Shown here one piece after another: positions 29,197 through 41,100 of a DNA stretch of 64,000 nucleotides. The DNA is from Octopus sinensis. Taxonomy: Eukaryota. Below the pieces are notes generated by a model. It was not told where the DNA came from. It searched no databases and was given only the letters and a program-made list of their open reading frames with translations. The stretch is from NCBI RefSeq assembly GCF_006345805.1, contig NC_042997.1, positions 136,772,001 to 136,836,000 on the forward strand, read 5' to 3'. Position 1 is the stretch's first letter; the number at the start of each line of letters is the position of its first letter. Made by a program: the position numbers and the translations under genes.

Positions 29197-32100
29197 TTAT
29201 TTTTCTTTGACTTGGAGACCTAAAAAAAATAAATTAAATAGTACATTAGTAATCAGCCACATTAAAATTTGTTACAAAGATGTTACAAATTTCATAGTAT
29301 GCAAAATTAAATCAAAATGGTTTTGATATACAACAAATGCAAATCTGGATAAAGATTTTTACAATAAACACTCCAGAATAATCACATAAGTCCCTAACAC
29401 TTGTATCATAGTCCTAATAGAATATTATAGATGTCCAGTTGAGATTTAAGGACAATGCAATATTATAATAATCATGAATATGGATGGATTTCCATAAATT
29501 ATGTAACTCTAGCATTTTTACTACAGAAGTACAAGTCCATGTAAAAAACATTGAATGAACTTAGTACATAGGAAAGCAAAGAATACTAAATAGTAATGAT
29601 TATTCAATGTATTTTCCTCTTTTAATGAACTCTTGCTCCCTAAGACTAGTAACAGGGACATGGTTGCTATTAAACTACAGAAGAAGAAGAAACATGCACA
29701 AAGGGTTAATTCCAGAGTGGGTGATTACTATGGCAAAGAGGTGGATATGTTTAGTGCAGTTTGGAGAGAGAGGAGGAGATACAAATGGATTTGAAAAGTG
29801 ACATGAGCTTAGCTTGGTCCAAAACCGGTCATTGTAAGTAGAAAACACAAAAACAAGGAAAGAGCACACAACAGACCAGAAATAGGGAGTCTAAGACGTC
29901 TATTTTTAATAGAAGCACAGTCCCAGATGTTGAGACAATAGGCTTTATAACTATTATCTGTTCCTGAAGAAGGTCAATCTTTGTGATTATAGTCTTTATT
30001 GAGGCAATTGGGTATTTAAGGTTAGAGTAAAATGAAAGCTAACTCATCAGCACTGACACTTTAGGCAAATATGTTGCTATGTAAGGAGGAAAATGAGTAA
30101 GACAAACTGCTTATGTTGCAGGTTAATGGGCAACCTATTAAAGAGATAGGTAGAACCCAGGGGTAAACAGTTTAGCTTGAAGATTTACATGACAAACAAA
30201 AAAGAATATTTTGCTAATGTCCTATTTTAACAGTTTTCAAATTTCTCACGAGCAAGTGGTACTACTGAATGACAATGAACAGTTCAAGCCGGCCTATTCC
30301 CAAAGGCAATCCAGTCACATCTTCCCTTTCTAGGACCAGATTATCCAGTATCCTGTATTTGTTGGGACAACAGGGTATGAGGGAAATCTGGCAGTTGTTT
30401 CTTGTAAATCAAGCAACTACATACAAGTTGTCATTTTTGTTAGGAAATAAGTTAATTTTTTGGCTCAAAAAGCAAAAAGCAAGGCCATGTGTACAGAGTT
30501 CAGGCCATTTCTGGTCAAGTGAGACTTTGAACCGAGCAGTCGTCGGCATCTTCACTCTCGTCCGGCAGCTTATTCCACAGATCTGTGGCCCGGATGGAGA
30601 AAGCCCGACCCCAATCTACTATGTTTACATCATCTCTAGAGATTGTATTCTTCCAACTAAACCACTCAACATTGAAACATAAGCACAGACTAAATCTGAG
30701 ACAAACAGAGAGTTACTAATTGTCAATGAACAAAAACTTAACTAGTATATAATATAAAATTAGGCATGATAAAAGCTCTTCTACTGAAGCAAGAAATTAA
30801 GCATATTTAATTTAAAAGAACAAACAAAATCCAAGTCAGGCAAAGCTTTCCGTGCACTGTGTCATAAGACACTCAAACAAGAGGTGTCAAAGCTTAATCA
30901 TCACACAAGGACAAATAGTTGCAGAGTCTCAAAGAATCATATCTTTTGGTTGGACACCTATCCAAGGCATTTATGAAAGTGGGGACTCTGCTAAGTGATT
31001 TTGGTTTAACTAGCTAACACATTAGGATTACAACTTAACTCTTACTGCAGTTCTAACAGAACAATGTGTGCCAGTGGAAACAGAGCTAAACAGATAATTA
31101 TGATAACTATTGCAAAACATTAACAGTTATAAATACGAAGTCATACTAGGGTATAAATAAATATCACAAACATTACTACACACTAAGCATTCTGAAGAAG
31201 GTTAAGATGAACTATACAGCTTCATGATAGTAATAATTCCAAATGCTATGTATCAAGATCTTTTAATCTAAATCAATAAAATTGCATTAATGTTGTAAAT
31301 TAACTCTCAGTACAGAGATTACCTTAAAAAGATGACCCAGCTAATTTTAATTCTAAGTAGTGAACATTTGATATTTCTGAGAAAAAAACACCACTCACAA
31401 ACATAGGTGGCAGGCTCATAAAAGATACAAGTGCTTGTGTAATTTTACATTTTTGTAAGCCTGCATATAACAGTTCATTGTACTAATTGAGTCCATCAAC
31501 GCAAACTTACTCTTAACTCAAAAGAGAATAAACAAATATCCAAGTCAGTCAAAGCTTCCCGTGCATTGTGTCATAAGACACTCAAACAAGAGGTGTCAAA
31601 GCTTAATCATCACACAAGGACAAATAGTTGCAGAGTCTCAAAGAATCATATCTTTTGGTTGGACACCTATCCAAGGCATTTATGAAAGTGGGGACTCTGC
31701 TAAGTGATTTTGGTTTAACTAGCTAACACATTAGGATTACAACTTAACTCTTACTGCAGTTCTAACAGAAAAATGTATGGCCAGTGGAAACAGAGCTAAA
31801 CAGATAATTAAGATAACTATTGCAAAACATTAACAGTTATAAATACGAAGTCATACTAGGGTGTAAATAAATAACACAAACATTACTACACACTAAGCAT
31901 TCTGAAGAAGGTTAAGATGAACTATACAGCTTCATGATAGTAATAATTCCAAATGCTATGTATCAAGATCTTTTAATCTAAATCAATAAAATTGCATTAA
32001 TGTTGTAAATTAACTCTCAGTACAGAGATTACCTTAAAAAGATGACCCAGCTAATTTTAATTCTAAGTAGTGAACATTTGATATTTCTGAGAAAAAAACA

Positions 32101-35100
32101 CCACTCACAAACATAGGTGGCAGGCTCATAAAAGATACAAGTGCTTGTGTAATTTTACATTTTTGTAAGCCTGCATATAACAGTTCATTGTACTAATTGA
32201 GTCCATCAACGCAAACTTACTCTTAACTCAAAAGAGAATAAACAAATATCCAAGTCAGTCAAAGCTTCCCGTGCATTGTGTCATAAGACACTCAAACAAG
32301 AGGTGTCAAAGCTTAATCATCACACAAGGACAAATAGTTGCAGAGTCTCAAAGAATCATATCTTTTGGTTGGACACCTATCCAAGGCATTTATGAAAGTG
32401 GGGACTCTGCTAAGTGATTTTGGTTTAACTAGCTAACACATTAGGATTACAACTTAACTCTTACTGCAGTTCTAACAGAAAAATGTATGGCCAGTGGAAA
32501 CAGAGCTAAACAGATAATTAAGATAACTATTGCAAAACATTAACAGTTATAAATACGAAGTCATACTAGGGTGTAAATAAATAACACAAACATTACTACA
32601 CACTAAGCATTCTGAAGAAGGTTAAGATGAACTATACAGCTTCATGATAGTAATAATTCCAAATGCTATGTATCAAGATCTTTTAATCTAAATCAATAAA
32701 ATTGTATTAATGTTGTAAATTAACTCTCAGTACAGAGATTACCTTAAAAAGATGACCCAGCTAATTTTAATTCTAAGTAGTGAACATTTGATATTTCTGA
32801 GAAAAAAACACCACTCACAAACATAGATGGCAGGCTCATAAAAGATACAAGTGCTTGTGTAATTTTACATTTTTGTAAGCCTACATATAACAGTTCATTG
32901 TACTAATTGAGTCCATCAACGCAAACTTACTCTTAACTCAAAAGAGAATAAACAAATATCCAAGTCAGTCAAAGCTTCCCGTGCATTGTGTCATAAGACA
33001 CTCAAACAAGAGGTGTCAAAGCTTGATCATCATACAAGGACAATTTATACAAAGTTTTGAAATTTCAAGAATACCAACCCAGCCATACAAAAGTGTTCAC
33101 ATTCAAAATCTCATAACAAATGATTTCAACTCCAACAATGCCCACCAGGCTATACCAGTACATAAAACAAGACAGTTCTCAAAATACTGATTATATAGAA
33201 AATTAGTTGAGAGAAATGAAATCAAAGCTAACTGCACAGTATTGTCAAGAGACTAAAAGCAAACTGTCTAAATCTTGATTACACAAGAATTGTTCAAGTC
33301 CCTCAAATTCTAATGTAATGTTGCATTTTAATAAACCTGTATATATTTAACAATCTATCAGCAGAACTCAATTCAGCTTAAACCTTCCTATAATCACAAT
33401 TACTCAAGCATCCATATTTAATTCAAAATCAAACATGAATGACATCTTAAAATTTACACTGTCAACAGCATAACACACCTATATGTAAAGGTGGATATTT
33501 TACAAAAACCCTCCAAAATACTGATTATATAAAAAAATTTATTTAAAGCATAAGCAGTCTACTCATGAAAAATAGCCAGAAAAGGATTACAGATAAATCC
33601 AAGTCAGTCAAAGCTTTCCGTGCATTGTGCCAGAAGACACTCAAACAAGAGGTGTCAAAGCTTGATCATCACACAAGGACAATATTTACAGAAATTTATG
33701 TATAACCCTGCATATATATCAGACAACATATATTTCAAGAAGTTGACATGGCTGTAGTTGTTGACCAATATCATGTGACAATTTAATACAGTAAGTAATA
33801 GTGACAACAGAGGGTAGAGAAGGTTAGCTGAGAAATGGACGAAATATTCAAGTCAGGACATGCAATAGAATAATTAAGATGAAATCATTATCATCATCGT
33901 TTAAGGTCCGCTTTCCATGCTAGCATGGGTTGGACGATTTTGACTGAGGGCTGGCGAACCAGATGGCTGCATCAGGCTCAAATCTTGATTTGGCAGAGTT
34001 TCTACAGCTGGATGCCCTTCCTAATGCCAACCACTCCGAGAGTGTAGTGGGTGCTTTTTATGTGCCACCAGCACGGGGGCCAGTCAGACAGTACTGGCAA
34101 CAACCTCGCTCGAATCCTTTTACACATGCCCCCAGCACAAGTTAAATGAAACTCAACATTTATCTCCGCATACACCACACCAAGAAGACGTACTCCAACT
34201 ACTCTATAATGAGTAGCTGTGTAGCTTCCCTACAGCAAGAAATCTGCTCTGGTCCCTTCTCTCTCACTTTCACCCCTCATTCTATAGCATAAAACCCTAC
34301 TCAGTCAAACAAGATCTTAGTGTTGCAGGCATCATGGTAGCATCCCTTAATACTGGTTCCACAAGCAAGTGCAGGCTGTAAAACAGTTGGCATTAGGAAG
34401 GATATCCAACCATAGAAACCATGCTAAAGCAATGGAGCACAATCTCGTCTTTGAACATGTCATATAACACAACCAATGATAGCTTGGAACATGGACATTA
34501 AATGGTATGTGTGTGTATGTATGCATACAAAAGAATTGTCTATATATAATTACACATTCATCACTACCAGTTAGGGTAAAGCAGTTAAACTGACATGATG
34601 CCATTAGCAGTTAATAATAAACCCATATCAGTCAAAAGTTATGATCACAGTCACCGTTAGAGGCTGACTAACATAATACATGCAACATCATGTACAGGTT
34701 TATAATAGGTGTAAAGTTGCAGCTATTTCATTTGTTAACATCTTGAAAATCCCAACATATAATGATTAAAATCCTTAGAACACCAATGTTCCAAGTTATT
34801 TTTTCCATAAACAGCAACAGTATTACTCCTTTAGCAGTTAAACTGACCAAATCTGGCCCAAATATTCTTCCAGACCAAGCAAGTCTGGCATCTCACACCT
34901 AACCTACAATATCATTATAAAAATAAAGAACCACTTCATAGAAATTTTCCAACTATAAGACAATGCAGGAGTCAAAACAATAAGACAAAATAACCATTAC
35001 ATTTAACAGAGTAATCTAAATGCTACAGGGTTAAAGATGGCATTAATATGATGCTGTTAGGAAAGACATCCAACCTTGGAAACCTGATACTCACAAAATT

Positions 35101-38100
35101 AAAGCTGACTACAGGTAAACTATCAAGCAAAAGAAAATTGATTACAATATGAATAGCAATATTACAAACCTGGTGGTAAAGATTGCTTTAATTTGTCAGC
35201 CTTTTCTCTGTCATGTATAACCAGTGTATACAAGAAGCGGCTACAACGAACTTTGAATTTAACATTATCCCGATTCTTCTTAATTTTTACGGCTGGAAAA
35301 GGAAAATGATTCAGGTAAATCTCAATGTACAATTTCTAATCACTGATGTAAATACATGCGTAAAGAAAATGCAGTATAAATTGTTGCAAAGCATTCATAT
35401 GAATACATAATTTGCCACTCAACTTTTAATTGCGGCTGTAAGCAGTTAACTCGAATCTTTTCCTTTTGATGGACGGAATTTTCTAGTTAACTAAACAATT
35501 TGAAACTTTGTATACTGGTAGAATGTGTCAAAAGAAAACATTATTGTAAACAAAATTGTAATTTGTAAGTTTAACGTAGTTTAATTCGAAGAATTTTAAC
35601 CAATGAAATGTCAGCATTTGAGCTCAAATCATTTGCTGCGTCTAAAAACACACACACACGTCTTATTCATCCTTATCTCTTCTGTCTTCTATATGTGCTA
35701 GAAATAACAGCTATATCTCTTAAATCAATGAATTTCGTCGCCCAATATTAACGATATTTTTTGAATATTTTCTTTTATTTTTTTTTACCGAAAAGGCTTC
35801 TCCCATGGTTTTGAAGGGCCAGAAACAACAAAAACAAAACAATAATATGCCTAAAGCAGTCTAGAGTTTGCGCGTGGAGTGTGAGTCGTATTGTAAAAAT
35901 TTGCGAAATATTTTTTCATAAAAGGATGCCCCAGCTTGTCGGAGGCTGTGATATAAATTGGGAAAAAAAATCCTCGACACCAGTGCGTAATTGGTACTTA
36001 ATTTATCGACCCCGAAACAATGAAACATTGACCCCCGCCCATTCTGGCTTATTTACCTTTTGTGTAAATTTGTTGCAGCAAGGGGCAAAACACAGAGGGG
36101 ACAAAAGTATTAAGTCGATTCTATCGACACCCGTGCGAACACACGAACGTGTATGTATGTTTGTGTGCGTATGTGTGTATGTATATCTCCATTTGTATGT
36201 GTGTGTACGCTTATATATTAATTACTGTGCTTGTGCAAATGTATATGCATGTGTTTGAGAGAGAGAGAGAGAGAGTGTGTGGCAGTGTGTATGTATCTGA
36301 ATGTGTGTGTGTGTGTGTGTATGCGGCATGCGTCTATGTTTCTTTATCAATATCGATAACGCAGCAAATGATTTGAGCTCAAATGCTGAGATTTCATTGG
36401 TTAAAATTCGAAGAATTAAACTACGTTAAACTTACAAATTACAATTTTGTTTACAATAATGTTTTCTTTTGACACATTTTATCAGTATACGAACTTTCAA
36501 ATTTTTTAGTTAACTAGAAAATTCCGTCCATCAAAAGGGAAAAGATCGTTAACTCTAAACCTGTGTCAGTTCAAAATTGTACACAAAGAAAATTAACATA
36601 AAAAGTTTTACACTAACAACTATTTTACATTGTGTACTAGGTATATTTTATCTTGGGATTTAATACAGAGTGTCCTGTCCTCATCATCATTTAATGTCCA
36701 ACCTTTCAACCCTACACTATCCATTCATTGGCCAATGACTTTATGGCATGTACCGAGTGTATTTTATCATGGCACAAGCACTAAAGACTGAGCAAAAGAG
36801 ATCAAGAGTACTCTGTCACTCACTAAGTTAAAAGATTCGGCAATCGTTTTGTCTCAGAAATGCTATTCACGATTTGTCATCCAGTCGTTACTTTCCATGA
36901 AAAGTTTTTATTTATTTACTTCTGACATGTCCAAGTGGAAGAGGAAGCAAATGGGTGTACGTGTGCATTGTTTTAAGTATTTGTATTCACTATAAATTTT
37001 GCATACACAAATGAAGTAGGTAAGAACGAATCCTAGCCACACACACACAAAAACGCATATAACTTGCACATTACAAAATACGATACAGTTTTTGTTATGC
37101 GTGTGTGAGTAGGCAGCATTAATGAAGATGTTACATGTTAATTTAATGTTAAACTTATCTTTCTTAATGCATATCGAATTATACATAAATATATACAAGA
37201 TTTACACAGATACGAGTCAGAACTTGTGATCTGCCTGCCTCTTCGACATGTTGACAATACGTGCTTTCAAATCCTGCTTTCTGATTAGATAAAAATTTTT
37301 CATGGAAAGTAACAAAGATAATGGCATTTCTGAGACTCAAAAAATTGATTTCCAAGGAAACTCACTTCTTTACATTGCATTATACTTTATGCACAAGTCT
37401 CAAATACACTGTCCTTTACTCAGAGAGATACCCTTCATTACCAATAAAAGTGATAATTCTTTGAGCTTTCCACACTGGTGACTATAACGTAAATATCCAA
37501 TAGATAAAATATAAATTAGCCTTAAAAAAATGACTATTTGTATGAAGCTAATGAACGGAAACATTAACAGTTAACCCGCATCAGTCAAAAGTTATGATCA
37601 CAGTCATTCTTAAAGAGTGACTAACATAATACATGCAACATCATGTACAGGTTTGTAACTGTAAAGAAAACCTCAAAACTCACACAAATTTCTCACTTTG
37701 GTTTATCATACTTTCAGAAAACCCACCTCACTGCTAACAAGGCTAAGAAACAAATACAGCTTTATAAAGGTCAGCTAGGGAAAGGTCTCTGCAAAGTTAA
37801 CTTGATGGCATGACAAAAGACCATCAAGATGAACCAAAGTCCTTTCAACATTACTGGAAATACTATTGAATATATCTATAAAAGCAATACAGAGTTACAA
37901 ACAAATAGTGATAGAAAAACAGTGAAGCTGTCGACTAATAAAATTTTGGGGGATAATGCAGTTTCATACCTCTCCTTGAGAAACTGATATTAAACTATGT
38001 ATACCAGTATTTACTACATATGATGCCTATATAAAACAATGTAATATACTCACATTTTGCATCTTTCCTTCTCGCAGTCAACAAAAATTCCTTTATTTCT

Positions 38101-41100
38101 GATATTTGTCGTGGCTGTAACATAAAATCAAATAGAAGTTGATGAAAATTTCACTAAAATGACATTTTAAAATTATAAGGATTTTCATATCACTTCAGAA
38201 AACAAATTTACCTTCCCCAGCATATTATACAGTAAAAGGAATCAATTTGGATCCTTTCAAATATTTACAAGTGTCCATTCAGTTGTGCATGCATATCTGA
38301 TTTTTATTAATTACTTCCAAAAACTTCTTTTTCTCTTGAGGCAGCCAATTTAACAATAAGCTTTTTAAACAATTTTGAAAACAAATGACAATAATGCAAC
38401 TAATAATTTCCAAATGACATTTTTCATATACTAATATGGAGGACTTTTGGCCTATGTATTATCCTCTTATATTCTGGAACATTAGAAAATTAAGCACAAG
38501 GAAAACGATAATCTGTAACTATAAAAGGGTTTGTGTGTGTGTGTGTGCGAGTGTATGTTCCTTATGCATTCCAAAACAGAGCTGCTGATTTTGATGTAAT
38601 GGGTATTCAAAAGATTCAGTAAGCTTTTGGCTACGAACTAAACTATTTTCATTCACATATTTGCATTACAAAAATTTAACATTATCATTTTTCTTTTAGT
38701 CACGACATTTTACATCACCACCATAATGACAATTTCTATACAAGTGTTTGCACGTTTGTTACCGACGTTAGGCCAATGACTAACAAGTATGTGTGTGTGA
38801 TGGTGTGTTTGTCAGTATACATTTTCCTGACACACAGAGGAACGGAGATAGGCTTCAGGTGTGCGTGTACGCGTGTGTGCCTCCAACAGTGAAATGCACC
38901 GATATTGAAAGTTTACTTGCAGCCTGGACTTCAAAGAATGTTCACTTTCAAGTACTACCAACATGAAGATATGGCTGATTTAACACCACTCACAATACTC
39001 GCAAATATATTCTGGTTAGTATAACAAATTCGGAAACTTGGCAAAGTAGAAAGCCTCAGCAGCTCTTTCAATATAATTACAGAAATTTTATTCCACTCCT
39101 AACCAGTTTCAAGATATGACTTCTATTCCTACCAACTGATGTTAAGACTATTATAGCACAGGGCTTGAAATTTCGAGAGAGGGGACCAGTCGATTTACCA
39201 ACCCCGAAAGGATGAAAGACAAAATTGATCGTGGCAGCATTTGAACTCAGAACATAAAGACAGGCGAAATACTGCTTAAGCATTTTGCACTGACATGCAA
39301 ACGATTCTGCCAGCTCACCAGCTTCCAGAACAATTAAATCAATTACACATGTCAAACTTTATTCTCATTTACATATTTTCTACATTATCCCAATAACCAA
39401 CTATAGTTATTTCAAATACACTTCTCTACAACGACCAGGTGTCATTACAAAATAAAAATAGTTTCAATTTTAATTTGAACCAAAATTCCAATGTGTTGCA
39501 TTACAAGAGTGACGATGTGTGAATAATGAAAGTAATGTTTCTCCGAAATAGTCACATGTATATTGAATGGAACTGGATGGTCACACCCCCACCCAAAATG
39601 ATCTTTCCGATTTTTTTTCCCCACACCAGATTCCTATGTTTTCAATGACAGAGATTCCAAAGAAAAAAAAACGCCTTCAAAATTTTTTTAGATCTACATG
39701 GAAAAATACGTATTCTCTTGCTTTTTTCAATATTCAATGAAAAGGGGGAATATGTTGTTACCATCAACATTAAAACTTGAGTAACTTGATCGATCTGTCA
39801 TTGAATCAGGATTTTATTTTAATTTCATTTGATACAAACTTTTGCTATCATTTATATGGAGAATTGCAATCGTGGCATATAAAGATAACTTATTTTAATA
39901 GAAAGTTTATGAGTAGATTTCTATAAATGTTTTTCTTGCACATCCACCATTCCTACCCATACGGAAACAGACTAAACATCGTTTAAAATTTGTCCTCCCC
40001 ATATTTTTCCACATAGATTGAAAAAAAAAATTGGGGTGGGGGGTAATTAATTTTGAAGGCAGTTTTTCTCCGTCATCGAAAACATAGGAATCTGGTGAAA
40101 ACAATAGGTGGGGGACTCCTCCAGTACCACCAAAATAACCTCGACAACTAGGTTGAGTCGCACAATTTTGAGATCATTTTCAGGCAATATTTTGATTTGC
40201 TTCTAGTGTACCACTTTTGTCCGATGTTTCACGTGTAAAATTCTACTCAGGCAAACAATTATGAAAATGTACACATAAATATGTACTAAAATAAGCCACA
40301 ACCAAAATAATTGCATTAAAAGACATCCATTTTTCTATAGGTTATGAGGAAATACATCCTCACTCACTCTCTCACACACAAAAAAGATGTATGCATATGT
40401 ATTTATGGGCAAAGATCAAGAATACGCACTCTCGGTGTTTAGGGTTACGCCAAAAACGGGTCGTGTGCGTATTCTTTACCTCCGCCTATTTACGTTTAGG
40501 GTTGAGGTTAGGGCAACATAAAAAAGTGAAAAATGAAATTGAAGGGGAGACAAAAAAATTTAAAGAAACAATAATTTGCGGGAAATGGGGGGAGGGATAT
40601 GGGAGGAAGTCTTTTCATCAAATGCTAATGCTGCCAAGGGCCCTTCGAAAAAATTTCAAGTTTTTGATGGGTTTTTTTTTCTCTCCAATGCAAAAACATT
40701 GTTGAGCAGAAAAATTACCAAAACCATCTCATTTAAGCAAGATCTTAATTTTTATTTGTAAATGGTTTCGATTATTTCAATTGGTTACACATGGACAGAA
40801 CAACATTGTTTCTCTACTATCAAGTTCGTAAACAGAAGTACTACAATATTCGAAAAAGTCTTGAAAAACTACCTCGATTAACTATTTCCTCAAATTCCGG
40901 ATGCAAGAAAAAAGTTTGCCAAAGATACTCGTTAAATGTAAACAGAAGAGATAGTGAAGAAAGCGCCACGTGACATTATGACGACTAAACAAGTTAACAG
41001 CATGAGGCTATCATGAAAGCACTAATTTAATCGAGTCACATATGAATTTTCGTCTCAGTGCAAATAATTGTTATGAATTAACTAAATCAGACTATAATAA

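Larger units (their letters stand above)
30830..33041. repeat. Tandem array of ~710-bp units (3 units plus terminal snoRNA)
   Basis: Unit starts at 30830, 31539, 32249 and 32959. Units are near-identical with scattered substitutions. Confidence 0.95.

Noticed and set aside
30337-30420. Two hairpins resembling an H/ACA snoRNA
   Set aside because: There is no ANANNA hinge or terminal ACA in the host-sense orientation.
30269-30682. 137-aa plus-strand ORF
   Set aside because: No recognisable domain; it is antisense to the RPL38 intron and overlaps the structured C/D RNA, so it is probably a chance ORF.
37190-37282. Possible minus-strand terminal exon ([20 protein letters not shown])
   Set aside because: RPL38 is complete without it, the acceptor is weak and it lies in an arm of the fold-back.
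38612-38695. C/D-like RNA (ATGATAA..TAGCCAAAAG..CTGA) with a 10-nt match to U2 snRNA
   Set aside because: The C box is imperfect, the D+5 position gives U2 C14, which is not a known methylation site, and it lies in a probable Helitron-like repeat.
40490-40515. Telomere-like TTAGGG/CCCTAA motifs (also about 61630 and in the MITE arms)
   Set aside because: Only 1-3 degenerate units embedded in transposon-like sequence; not an interstitial telomere array.
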